From: Methanolacinia paynteri
Lineage (GTDB): Archaea > Halobacteriota > Methanomicrobia > Methanomicrobiales > Methanomicrobiaceae
Reading direction: 5' to 3'
NCBI RefSeq assembly: GCF_000784355.1
Contig: NZ_KN360931.1
Coordinates: 190,836-222,835, forward strand
Length of the DNA: 32,000 nt
The position numbers and the translations under genes were made by a program. The stretch's first letter is position 1. The number at the start of each line of letters is the position of its first letter. Shown here one piece after another: positions 1-8,743 of the stretch. The notes beneath the pieces are model-generated. The model did not search any database and had not been told where the DNA came from. It saw nothing but the letters and a program-made list of their open reading frames with translations.

Positions 1-1
1 T

Positions 2-328
2 CCCCAGTTTTCCGGGACTGCAAACTACGAGCCCAACAGTCTCGGAGGCGGGCTGCCAAAGGAAAGCGGTGCTCCAACTTACCCCGGAAAACCACTTCAG
101 GGTGTGATGGTTCGAAAGAGGATTGAAAAGACAAACGACTTCCGGCAGGCCGGGGAGAGGTACCGGTCCCTGTCAAAGATCGACCAGGATCATCTCGTCG
201 GAAATATTGCCGACTCCCTTATGCATGCCGACATGGAGATCCGGAAGAGAATGATCAGGAACCTGAAAAGTGCCGATGCCGAAATGGGAGAACGTGTTGA
301 ACACTCGATAAAGGAAATGAAAGCTTGA
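2..328 (+). CDS. Heme catalase, C-terminal fragment (gene begins upstream of window)
   Basis: Frame 2 is open from base 2. The translation ...GTANYEPNSLGG...KTNDFRQAGERYRSL..DQDHLVGNIADSL resembles the conserved C-terminal region of monofunctional heme catalases. Stop TGA at 326-328. Confidence 0.8.
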   Translation, partial: PQFSGTANYEPNSLGGGLPKESGAPTYPGKPLQGVMVRKRIEKTNDFRQAGERYRSLSKIDQDHLVGNIADSLMHADMEIRKRMIRNLKSADAEMGERVEHSIKEMKA

Positions 329-1386
329 ACGGAAAATACCCTCCGCCACGGCTGATTTCATGGAACGTAACGCTGCGATGCCCGCTGAAATGCGATCACT
401 GCTATGTCGACGCGGGGAAATCCGAGGCCGGAGACGTATTGTCGACAAAAGAGGCTGAAAAGGTAATTGATTCGATATCGGAATCAGGAAGTCCTCTGCT
501 GATCCTCAGCGGCGGAGAGCCTCTGATGCGTGACGATATCTGCGGGCTTGTCGCTTACGGGACGAAAAAAGGTCTCAGGATGGCGATGGGCACCTCAGGT
601 TTTACCCTCGACGAAAATATGGCCCGGAGGCTGAAGGATGCAGGGCTGAAAGCCGTTGCTATAAGCCTTGATTCGGTCGATCCGGCATTCCATGATAAGT
701 TCCGCGGAACTGCGGGTGCGTGGGAGAAGGCCGTATCTGCTATTGAGTATTGCAAAGATGCAGATATCGATGTCCAGATTAATATGACCATGGTCAGCCC
801 GGATATGAAAAATGTCGAATCGGTTATTGGAATGGGATCTTCGATGGGCGTTTCAGATTACCAGATCTTCTTTCCCGTTCATACGGGAAGGGGAGAGAAC
901 CTGGAAATCCAGGACCCGGATAATTATGAAACCATTATAAGGGAAATCCTTGAAAAATACAATGAGAGCGACCTGAATATCAGGCCGACGTGTGCGCCGC
1001 AGTTCAGGAGGATTGCGAAAGAATCGGGGATTGACAACAAGCGATGGGGACGCGGGTGCATTGCCGGAATATCCTACTGCAGGATATATGCCAACGGCGA
1101 AGTCACTCCCTGTCCTTATCTCCCGCTGAGTGCCGGGAATCTCCGTGAGAAATCTTTCGGTGATATCTGGCAGAACTCCGGGCTCTTTGCGGCTCTTCGC
1201 GATCCGGGCCTTCTTACAGGGAAGTGCGGCAGGTGCGGGTACACTGATATCTGCGGCGGATGCCGGGCACGTGCATATGCAGGATCGAAAACCGTTCCCG
1301 TCAGGTGGTGCGACGGGCTGATGGAACCGTATTACGGCACAGGCGAGGTCTGCGGAGAAGACCCGTGGTGCCCTTATGAACCGTAA
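325..1386 (+). CDS. ahbD: Radical SAM/SPASM enzyme of the NirJ/Ahb family (AhbD-like heme synthase, tentative)
   Basis: CxxxCxxC motif (RCPLKCDHCY), GGEPL motif, and a C-terminal Cys-rich SPASM-like region (CGRCGYTDICGGCRARAY). Lies next to two AsnC-like siroheme decarboxylase genes. The TTG start overlaps the catalase stop (cTTGAa). The AhbD versus AhbC assignment rests on gene order only. Confidence 0.7.
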   Translation: MNGKYPPPRLISWNVTLRCPLKCDHCYVDAGKSEAGDVLSTKEAEKVIDSISESGSPLLILSGGEPLMRDDICGLVAYGTKKGLRMAMGTSGFTLDENMARRLKDAGLKAVAISLDSVDPAFHDKFRGTAGAWEKAVSAIEYCKDADIDVQINMTMVSPDMKNVESVIGMGSSMGVSDYQIFFPVHTGRGENLEIQDPDNYETIIREILEKYNESDLNIRPTCAPQFRRIAKESGIDNKRWGRGCIAGISYCRIYANGEVTPCPYLPLSAGNLREKSFGDIWQNSGLFAALRDPGLLTGKCGRCGYTDICGGCRARAYAGSKTVPVRWCDGLMEPYYGTGEVCGEDPWCPYEP

Positions 1387-1388
1387 CC

Positions 1389-1952
1389 GTGAGAGGTGAT
1401 AGTATAGATACTGATTTTTTTCCTGACGAAACCGACATTATTCTCCTGAACAGGCTCCAGGAGGACTTCCCACTTGTCGCAGAACCGTGGGCCGTTATAG
1501 CTTTGGATGCCGGCATATCACAGGACGAACTTTTCGGACGGATCTCGAAGCTACGCGATTCGGGTATAATAAAGGGAATCACTCCTGTCCTGAATTCCCA
1601 AAAATTCGGGCTGAATTACGGGACTCTCGTGGCCGTTCATACCGGGAAGGAGATGGAGGATGAAGCTGCGATTATAATAAATGGTTACCCGGAGGTTTCG
1701 CATAATTTCATCCGGGATCATCATTACTCTGTCTGGTTCACTATCAAAGCCGAATCAAAAGAGAGAGCCGATCGAATTCTCACCGAAATAAAGGAGAGGC
1801 TCGGGATTTGTGATGAGGATATCCTTGACCTGCCGACGGTCTGCTATTACAAAACGGATGTCCGCTTCCGCTGCGAAGAATTCGGGGAGGAGAGCAGGGA
1901 GTTGTCCGATCTTGTTAATGAAATAAAGGAAGAGTCAGATGTACCGGGGTGA
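1389..1952 (+). CDS. ahbA: Siroheme decarboxylase subunit (AsnC/Lrp-like, AhbA/NirDL family)
   Basis: N-terminal pattern D..ILLNRLQEDFPLVAEPW..IA, typical of NirD/L/G/H and AhbA/B proteins. Paired with a paralog and flanked by NirJ-like radical SAM genes. The GTG start is uncertain. Confidence 0.7.
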   Translation: MRGDSIDTDFFPDETDIILLNRLQEDFPLVAEPWAVIALDAGISQDELFGRISKLRDSGIIKGITPVLNSQKFGLNYGTLVAVHTGKEMEDEAAIIINGYPEVSHNFIRDHHYSVWFTIKAESKERADRILTEIKERLGICDEDILDLPTVCYYKTDVRFRCEEFGEESRELSDLVNEIKEESDVPG

Positions 1953-1959
1953 ATGAGAG

Positions 1960-2442
1960 GTGGACGAAACAGACTATAAAATCCTGAACCTGCTTGAAGA
2001 GGGGATGCCTGTTGTAATTAGGCCGTTCGATCTGATAGGGGAAAGAGCGGGAATATCCGGCGAAGAGGTAATCGGGAGACTCCGCCGTCTTCATGACGAG
2101 GGTGCTATTAAGACGATAAAGGCCCGGATTAACCAGAGGAAGATCGGGATCTCTGCAAATGCCCTTGTTGCATGGAATGTCCCATCGGGCTGGAACGGAT
2201 ACGAAAGACTTGCCTCGTACCCTGGGGTTTCGCACTGTTATAAGCGAAGTCCGGTTCCGGGGAGATGGGATTATACGGTTTATACGGTTCACCACAGGCA
2301 CAGCAGGGAAGAGGTTTACGAAGAGGTGAAAGAGATCGCTGAGGATATGGCGGTAGATGATTATGTGGTGATTTTCAGCTCGAAGGAACTCAAACGGGTT
2401 CCCGCCGTCCGGATTTGCGAGAAAGGGGGATGCCCGGAATGA
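1960..2442 (+). CDS. ahbB: Siroheme decarboxylase subunit (AhbB/NirGH family)
   Basis: MDETDYKILNLLEEGMPVVIRPF...GAIKTIKARINQRKIG is paralogous to the preceding ORF. The GTG start gives an 8-nt intergenic gap. Confidence 0.7.
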   Translation: MDETDYKILNLLEEGMPVVIRPFDLIGERAGISGEEVIGRLRRLHDEGAIKTIKARINQRKIGISANALVAWNVPSGWNGYERLASYPGVSHCYKRSPVPGRWDYTVYTVHHRHSREEVYEEVKEIAEDMAVDDYVVIFSSKELKRVPAVRICEKGGCPE

Positions 2443-3632
2443 ACAGGATCACCCAGTGTCTTCATGGCAGCGGTACTGTCAGCGAGGTGTTAAAGCACGG
2501 CCATGGTACCGGAAAAAAAGTTCCGGGGAAGTATCTCGCATTTTCCGGGATGCTCCGGCCGGTTGTTTTCTGGAATCTCACGACCAGGTGCAATCTTTCA
2601 TGTGTGCATTGTTATAACAGTTCGGGCTCCCGGAGTTCTGGCGAACTCTCCACTGAAGAGGCTATTGCAGTCATCGACGATCTTTCCGGTATGGGCGTTC
2701 CGTTGATTCTGTTCTCCGGAGGCGAACCGCTCTTGCGCGAAGATATCTGGGATCTGGCTGCGTATACGAAGGACAAGGGGATAATCACGTCTCTTAGTTC
2801 CAACGGGACTCTTATAGATGCGGAGGTTGCGGGAAAGATAAAGGAGTCGGGAATCGGGTACGTGGGAATCTCTCTCGACGGGGCAAAACCCCGGACTCAC
2901 AACAGGTTCAGGGGCTCGTCCGACGCTTTTTCGAGGACTATCGACGCATTCGGTCACTGCAGGGATGCAGAGGTCCGGACCGGGGTTCGCGTGACTCTTA
3001 CAAAGGCTAATTTCCGGGAGCTGGACGATCTGATCGATCTTGCCCTTTTCCTTGGTGCTTCGCGTTTCTGCCTTTACTGGCTTGTTCCGAGCGGACGCGG
3101 GACCGGGGATTACGAAAGGCTCCAGCTGAACGGCGATGAGGTCACGGAAGCCCTCGGACTTTTATATGGCAGGGCAAAGGAGATCGATCCGTCTGTTATG
3201 GAGTTCCTGACCGTGGATGCACCCCAGGATGCGATCCATCTCCTTGCATCGATGAGGAAGGATGAATCGGAGGATCTTGAAGATGCCGAATCTCTTGTCG
3301 CATCGCTCAACGGCGGATGCAGTGCCGGAAGCAAAGTCGCAAATATCAGCCACCAGGGTTTTGTATACCCCTGCCAGTTTGCGCAGTCCGAAGAATTTTT
3401 TGTAGGGGACGTAAGAAAGACGCCGTTCAGCCGGATATGGAACGACGATTCGAATCCGGTTCTCTCTCTTTTCAGGAATAAAGGGATGAGGTTTACGGGA
3501 GGATGTGGAGAATGTATGCACCGGGAGCTTTGCGGTGGAGGATGCATGGTAAGGGCGTATTATACAGGGAAGGACTTTTCAGCGGAAGATCCTTTTTGTT
3601 TTCTTTTGAAGGGTGAGGGATCTTTGGATTGA
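2415..3632 (+). CDS. ahbC: Radical SAM/SPASM enzyme of the NirJ/Ahb family (AhbC-like, tentative)
   Basis: RCNLSCVHCYN cluster motif, SGGEPLLR, and C-terminal GGCGECMHRELCGGGCMVRAY. The true start may be a downstream ATG near 2430-2439. Confidence 0.7.
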   Translation: MRERGMPGMNRITQCLHGSGTVSEVLKHGHGTGKKVPGKYLAFSGMLRPVVFWNLTTRCNLSCVHCYNSSGSRSSGELSTEEAIAVIDDLSGMGVPLILFSGGEPLLREDIWDLAAYTKDKGIITSLSSNGTLIDAEVAGKIKESGIGYVGISLDGAKPRTHNRFRGSSDAFSRTIDAFGHCRDAEVRTGVRVTLTKANFRELDDLIDLALFLGASRFCLYWLVPSGRGTGDYERLQLNGDEVTEALGLLYGRAKEIDPSVMEFLTVDAPQDAIHLLASMRKDESEDLEDAESLVASLNGGCSAGSKVANISHQGFVYPCQFAQSEEFFVGDVRKTPFSRIWNDDSNPVLSLFRNKGMRFTGGCGECMHRELCGGGCMVRAYYTGKDFSAEDPFCFLLKGEGSLD

Positions 3633-3693
3633 TTTTTGGGATATGGTTATTGAGGAAAGGGGATGTCCTTTAGATGTGCAACATCCCGTGAGT

Positions 3694-3990
3694 TCATCCG
3701 AATATCACCACTTCGTCGTGGTGAATCGGATCAGAGAGATAGGGGCTGACCGATTTTTCCGTTATTAGATCCACAGGTCTTTGTAATGCCTCTTCGAGTT
3801 CGTCTTCGATTCGTACAAGCTGAAAGAGACTTTTTGGAGAGTCGAAACGAACAAGAATATCGATATCGCTGTTCTTTCTCTCCTCTCCTCTTGCATATGA
3901 ACCGAATATCGCAATTTTGGTGGCACCGTATCTTTTCAGTATAGAGAGGATTGTCTCCCTGACCGCCGGATCTATCTGTGTGTTTGTCAT
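3694..3990 (-). CDS. Minimal nucleotidyltransferase (MNT-type antitoxin family), no adjacent HEPN partner
   Basis: Pol-beta-type NTase motif IAIFGSYARGEERKNSDIDILV. 98 aa. Confidence 0.8.
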   Translation of the reverse strand: MTNTQIDPAVRETILSILKRYGATKIAIFGSYARGEERKNSDIDILVRFDSPKSLFQLVRIEDELEEALQRPVDLITEKSVSPYLSDPIHHDEVVIFG

Positions 3991-4272
3991 ATCCCACCTC
4001 TGCTTAATTTATCTTATATTGGTTCTCTGTCATCATTCTTTTGTATCTGAAAATTTATTGGCTTTTGGATGCAGAAAGTGCTTTTGGCCTTAGCAAACAG
4101 GATGTGATAGAAGGGACAGTAGAGGGTTCTGCCTTCCTGTGTGCGATGACCGGGATCGACATGTCTGTAATCGATAACCAGTGCTGCTTCGTCATCGGCA
4201 ACTATTTTTCAGGATTGTTTGTCAGGCATCCCATACGGGCTATGTCCCCGTTCTGTTCATGACAAAGGCGGA

Positions 4273-4911
4273 TCAGTTTTCATTGCCAGACGGCAAAGTT
4301 TGCATGAGGGCAAAGAAATGTTCAGGCTCACCGGTCCTAAAATATTCATACCAGGATTCCAGTGTGTCTGATTGAAAAACACCTAAATGCTCAATAATTT
4401 GTTTCGCCCACAACAAAGCTCCGGTGGAACTTGCAGTAATAAGGTTGTTATCCGCTACAGATGGCTTGTCTATGTAAAACCTTTGCCCTTTATAACCAGG
4501 AGAAAACATTTCAAGAAATCCCGGTCCGTTACTGGTATGCGGACGCTTATCCAATAGCCCAAAGTTGGCAAGCGCAACGGTAGCCCCGCAGATTGCACAC
4601 ACCGTAGCGCCTAAAGAGAGAAATTCGCTTGCTTTTTCGATAATAGCGCCATGTTTTGGGTCGTTCCACGTGTCCGCACCTGGTAATATCAACACGCTTG
4701 TTTCACTCACGACAATATCATCAATTAAGCAATCGGGTACTATTGTCATCCCGCCCATTGTATTGATTGGCTCTTTAGAAATACTAACCGTTTTGAGCGA
4801 TACACGTTCCTCGCCCTTTTTGAAAAACCGACCGGAATTCAGTTCCGAGATAACATGCCCCGGTTCCCAGTCGGCTAAAGTATCCAGAACGTAAACATAG
4901 ATTGTAAACAT
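4273..4911 (-). CDS. DJ-1/PfpI-family (class I glutamine amidotransferase-like) protein
   Basis: Length and layout fit the family: VYVLDTLADWE at the N-terminus, ILPGADTW, and the nucleophile-elbow-like AICGATVALA. Confidence 0.65.
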   Translation of the reverse strand: MFTIYVYVLDTLADWEPGHVISELNSGRFFKKGEERVSLKTVSISKEPINTMGGMTIVPDCLIDDIVVSETSVLILPGADTWNDPKHGAIIEKASEFLSLGATVCAICGATVALANFGLLDKRPHTSNGPGFLEMFSPGYKGQRFYIDKPSVADNNLITASSTGALLWAKQIIEHLGVFQSDTLESWYEYFRTGEPEHFFALMQTLPSGNEN

Positions 4912-5290
4912 AAATTTCCTCCATTTGATTTTACATGCAAATCACTTTGTGATTTACATGAATCAGTGCATGAAACCCTGTTTCATGAACGTTTTAATAA
5001 TACATCCGTTAATTTTCAATGCATTTATATTCTCGTCCCTGCAGGCGGCCTGACGATCTCCCCTGAAAACTGACCTGATTCATAGGTGACCGAAGGTCGC
5101 CCGGGAATCGATTGGGCGACAGCCCTCCGGTCGGCACAAAAAGTTTGGAGAATGACAATTGTCCTACATCTTTTCCCGACCTGAGACGATCAAAGATTCC
5201 GGTTGAGGGTATTTAACCGGGAGTGATACGGAGGGTGAAAGTGATTTTTTAGCAGATTATATATTATTTTATGACATAGATCCCTGTAAC

Positions 5291-5584
5291 ATGAACTCTT
5301 CCCTTTTTGCAAAATTAAAGGAACACGAAACTGAAATCAGACTAAGTTTCGGCGTTAAGAAGATCGGTATATTCGGATCTTTTGCAAGAGGAGAGGAGAA
5401 GCCGGATAGTGATATAGATATATTCGTGGAGTTTATGCCGGGTAAAAAAACATTTGACAATTATATGGGCCTGAAGAACTTTCTTGAATCCTTCTTTGAA
5501 AGGAAAGTCGATCTCGTAACATATGAGGGCCTGAATCCGCATATCCGCGACAATGTCATGAGCGGAGTAGTCTATGTCACGTGA
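5291..5584 (+). CDS. Minimal nucleotidyltransferase (MNT antitoxin of an MNT/HEPN pair)
   Basis: IGIFGSFARGEEKPDSDIDIFVEF. Overlaps the start of the downstream DUF86/HEPN reading frame by 11 nt. Confidence 0.85.
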   Translation: MNSSLFAKLKEHETEIRLSFGVKKIGIFGSFARGEEKPDSDIDIFVEFMPGKKTFDNYMGLKNFLESFFERKVDLVTYEGLNPHIRDNVMSGVVYVT

Positions 5585-5907
5585 TGCGGATCTATATCTT
5601 GATGATATAATTGATGCAACGGAAAATATTCTCAACTATACTTCAGGGATCGATTATGACGATTTCATCTCAAATAAGATGTGCATCGATGCGGTCATAA
5701 AGAATCTCCTTGTTATCGGGGGAGGCAGTCAAGAAGATACCTGAGGAAATTAAATTGGAACATCCCGCAATCGACTGGAAGAATATTGCAGGACTCCGTG
5801 ATGTTCTCATCCATGCCTATTTTAGAATTGATAATGATCTTCTTTGGGATATCATTCAGAATAAACTTGAAGATCTCAGAGATGAGGTTTTGAAAATCTC
5901 TGAATAA
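5574..5907 (+). pseudogene. HEPN/DUF86 toxin gene disrupted by a +1 frameshift in a G5 run
   Basis: The ATG at 5574 gives MSRDADLYLDDIIDATENILNYT...IDAVIKNLLVIG, which then runs into a stop at about 5739-5741. The rest of the domain (GEAVKKIPEEIK..HPAIDWKNIAGLRDVLIHAY) continues in the +1 frame to 5907. Deleting one G from GGGGG at 5718-5722 restores the typical ..VIGEAVKKIP.. sequence. Confidence 0.75.
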
Positions 5908-6234
5908 ACATTATCAATTTTTAAAAAATTTCTATAAAGAGTCACGGCACTCATCACGAGTACCAGATCGAAGTATATCACAGAAGAATCCTTCTCTCTT
6001 CAAAAAATGGGAGAATGAATCCGGCTATATTATTTAATTCAGTTTACGGTTCACTAATTAAAGGTTCAATTTTAGTATTTTACCCTGGCTTGTTATATAG
6101 TGCCTCAGGTATAGTTTTGGAGAGGAGCTTATGTAAAATGGCAAATATTCATTCCATTGAGGCTGTATTTGTCCCACAATAAGGACTGCATATGACAAAT
6201 CCCTTATTTCCGCTCAGCTACAATCTCTCTTAAC

Positions 6235-6852
6235 ATGGAAAACACTGAGATTGAGAGAATAATGTTCTTTGTTGAAACCTTCTTCAGAGAGTCAGGATCA
6301 CATGGACTTGATCACACTCTTCGTGTCACCCGCCTTTGTGCAGAGATCGGGAAAGCAGAAGGTGCAGATATGCAGATCCTCATTCCTGCCGCTCTCTTTC
6401 ACGATGTTGCCCGTCCGCTTGAGAAGAAAACCGGAATTCCACACGAAGAGGAAGGTGCACGGATCGCAGGGGAATATCTCAGGTCGAATGGCTGCGATGA
6501 GAGCCGAATCCGGGCGATTACTCATGCAGTAAGTTCCCACCGTTTCAGCAGGGGCACAAAACCTGAAACTCTGGAGGCAAAGGTTCTGTCTGACGCCGAC
6601 AAACTCGATGCCATGGGGGCGATCGGGATTGCACGGGCTTTTATGCAGGCCGGAGAACACGGCGATGGTATTGAAGATGCCATTGCTCATTTCCATGAAA
6701 AACTGCTAAATCTCAGGGATCTGATGTACACTGACACCGCGAAAGAGTTCGCTGAAGAAAGGCATGAACTGCTGCAAAAGTTTGCCGACGCACTGGAGGA
6801 TGAGACTTTAAGTGCCGGAGATGCTTCGCCTGGTTGGCTTTTGCATCTTTAA
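6235..6852 (+). CDS. HD-domain metal-dependent phosphohydrolase
   Basis: HGLDHTLRV...AALFHDVARP...SDADKLDAMGAIGIARAF follows the H..HD..D pattern of the HD superfamily. Confidence 0.75.
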   Translation: MENTEIERIMFFVETFFRESGSHGLDHTLRVTRLCAEIGKAEGADMQILIPAALFHDVARPLEKKTGIPHEEEGARIAGEYLRSNGCDESRIRAITHAVSSHRFSRGTKPETLEAKVLSDADKLDAMGAIGIARAFMQAGEHGDGIEDAIAHFHEKLLNLRDLMYTDTAKEFAEERHELLQKFADALEDETLSAGDASPGWLLHL

Positions 6853-6995
6853 ATCTCAATTATGTATGTCCTTTACACATTTTTACAACTTAATGTTGGA
6901 AGAGGTGTGGTTTTAACAGATGCCTGAACATCCAGCCTGCCTCTTCAGAAACATTCAAATTATTTATCTTACTAATAAGATTTGTAAGATACAAT

Positions 6996-7238
6996 ATGCC
7001 ATTACTTGATATAAAAACAGGAACCATTACAGAAAAAGGCCAGATTGTAATTCCAAAATCATTAAGGGAGAGATTTCCATCCGGAGAAAAAGTTGCAATA
7101 ATTTCTTATGATGACAGAATTGAGTTAAGGCCTATCAGTTCTGTAAACGAAGCGCTTTCATGTGCATATTCAGCGGAGAAGTCTCTTAAAAAAGACTGGG
7201 ATTCAAAAGAAGAAGATGAGGCATGGAAGAATTTGTAA
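6996..7238 (+). CDS. AbrB/SpoVT-fold antitoxin (MazE-like)
   Basis: GQIVIPKSLRERF is a swapped-hairpin motif. 80 aa. Overlaps the downstream MazF-like gene by 16 nt. Confidence 0.7.
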   Translation: MPLLDIKTGTITEKGQIVIPKSLRERFPSGEKVAIISYDDRIELRPISSVNEALSCAYSAEKSLKKDWDSKEEDEAWKNL

Positions 7239-7555
7239 AAGGTGATGTCTTAGTCGTTCCGTTCCCTTTTTCAGATCTATCAGGTTCAAAGAAGAGACCT
7301 GTTCTATTAATTGCAGTTTTGGGTGGGGAAGACATCATCCTATGTCAGATAACAAGCAGAAACAGAACCGACAGGTACTCTGTAAAAATTGCAGACTGTG
7401 ATTTTGAATCAGGAGGTCTGAAGATTGAAAGCTTCATCCGTCCTGACAGAATATTTACAGCTGATAAATCGCTCATATTATACAAAGCAGGCAGACTGAA
7501 GCCTGGAAAGATAACTAAAGTAGAGGATACACTTGTAGAAATTATTAGAAAATGA
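7223..7555 (+). CDS. MazF/PemK-family endoribonuclease toxin
   Basis: KGDVLVVPFPFSDLSGSKKRPVLLIA and RPDRIFTADKSLI are typical of PemK/MazF. Confidence 0.75.
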   Translation: MEEFVKGDVLVVPFPFSDLSGSKKRPVLLIAVLGGEDIILCQITSRNRTDRYSVKIADCDFESGGLKIESFIRPDRIFTADKSLILYKAGRLKPGKITKVEDTLVEIIRK

Positions 7556-7944
7556 TCCTGTTACCAGAAGAATATGGGAACACATGTAACACGCAAAAAG
7601 TCGAGATCTTAAAGAAGCCCCGAAGGGGATTATGCCCTAAAAGCCTTCACCCTTTCAAACCGCTTTTGCCGGTATAACCAGACCCAAAAGAAGCCCGATT
7701 TGAGCGTATTTTCATCAATTTATGGTGGTTTTGGAAGGCCAAATTATTGAAGCTTATTTTGCTCTTTTCAAAGAGATTAAAGCCCGGATTGTATGGATAT
7801 AACGGCCCGTCATCGTTCTCTTTTTTTCAGGCGATGTATCTATCGTCTGAGGTGGAGATCGTGGATTCTCGGGCTTCTGTGTGGATATTAAAAACCGCGA
7901 TTTCGCCGTATTTTTCACCTTATTTAAGTTTTACTTTACAATTT

Positions 7945-8013
7945 GCGATTCCCGGGATATCTTGTCGGCTAAAATAATCTTCCCTGAAAAAGATCAGGAT
8001 TACCTGTAATAGA
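7945..8013 (+). pseudogene. Strongly decayed remnant of a cas2 3' end upstream of the array 1 leader
   Basis: tcttccctgaaaaagatcaggattacctgtaatagaatctgcatcatgacattctctgcggtg aligns by eye with the cas2 end plus leader start at 22880-22946 (tcatttccccgaagaagagcaggattatcttgtaatctgatcttcatcacgacattttctgcggtg). Confidence 0.4.
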
Positions 8014-8034
8014 ATCTGCATCATGACATTCTCT

Positions 8035-8077
8035 GCGGTGATCTTTATAAAGGATCTTCGGTCGATCCGATCACCGC
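8035..8077. repeat. Leader palindrome A (GCGGTGATC-TTTATAAA-GGATC..GATCC-GATCACCGC), array 1
   Basis: The outer arms GCGGTGATC/GATCACCGC and inner arms GGATC/GATCC are exact reverse complements. A TATA-like TTTATAAA lies between the arms. Confidence 0.8.
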
Positions 8078-8135
8078 AAAAACGAAAAATCGAAGCCCGC
8101 TCCTGTCTTTTTTGGCCGGTTTCGGAGGGTCATTT

Positions 8136-8178
8136 GCGGTGATCTATATAAAGGGTTCACGACAGATCCGATCACCGC
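8136..8178. repeat. Leader palindrome B, array 1 (inner arm degraded, core CTATATAAA)
   Basis: gcggtgatctatataaagggttcacgacagatccgatcaccgc has intact outer arms. It ends 64 nt before the first repeat, as in the other two leaders. Confidence 0.75.
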
Positions 8179-8242
8179 AGAATTTGAAAAAACGGAGCAT
8201 GCAGGAGCCGACAGAAACTTTTTTCTCAAAGAAAAGCATACT

Positions 8243-8582
8243 GTTGCAATGTCACCCGCAATTAGAAGGGTATGGAAACTGTTTTCGGGATCGGCCAAAT
8301 GTGCCTGGCTCCATAGTTGCAATGTCACCCGCAATTAGAAGGGTATGGAAACAGAATGTCCAATGTTTCGCTTAGCCATCTTTCGTCGTATGACCTGAGA
8401 TGTTGCAATGTTACCCGCAATTAGAAGGGTATGGAAACGGAGCAATATGTGCCAAACGAACTTCGTTTGTTTTGTTGCAATGTCACCCGTAATTAGAAGG
8501 GTATGGAAACACCGGGCTTCGCTCCCGAAGTCATCTCCAACAGTAATGCAATGAACACCAGTTAGTAGAAAAACATGAGAAC
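8243..8582 (+). CRISPR. CRISPR array 1: 4 intact 37-nt repeats plus 1 degenerate terminal repeat
   Basis: Repeats GTTGCAATGTCACCCGCAATTAGAAGGGTATGGAAAC at 8243, 8316, 8402 (C>T variant) and 8474 (CCCGT variant). Degenerate copy at about 8543-8582. Spacers are 36, 49, 35 and about 32 nt. The leader lies on the 5' side, so the array is transcribed on the + strand. Confidence 0.95.
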
Positions 8583-8743
8583 AGCACCCCTGTAAACATC
8601 ATGGGATTCTTTAATTCCTTGGTGTATTCAGGCAATTAATCCTTAGAATCATTTTAAAGTAAACTATCGATAAAAATTAACTCATTCCTTTCTGACTAAT
8701 ATAATCTCATAGTCGTCAGGAAAAATCTGAATTTGGGCAGAAA

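Larger units (their letters stand above)
8014..8242 (+). promoter_or_regulatory. CRISPR leader 1 (diverged copy of the leader shared by all three arrays)
   Basis: Aligns along its length with 19036-19264 and 22921-23149. Contains two 43-nt palindromes (8035-8077, 8136-8178). Ends in the conserved ...gcatact immediately before the first repeat. Confidence 0.75.

Noticed and set aside
3991-4272. Possible gene fragment on the minus strand between the DJ-1-like gene and the solo MNT (e.g. ..VADDEAALVIDYRHVDPGHR.. interrupted by stops), perhaps a lost HEPN or other partner
   Set aside because: The reading frame is broken, no family motif is recognisable, and it is in the wrong position for an MNT-coupled HEPN. 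I cannot support a call.
7747-7977. 76-aa ORF between mazF and leader 1
   Set aside because: No recognisable motifs and a hydrophobic low-complexity product. It overlaps the decayed cas2-tail region. Insufficient support.
8112-8375. Similar 60-105-aa ORFs spanning the three leaders (8071-8334, 8112-8375, 19103-19363, 19134-19340, 22964-23278)
   Set aside because: Their conservation follows from leader duplication. They run into the repeats, have no start context, and occur on both strands. They are more parsimoniously non-coding leader sequence.
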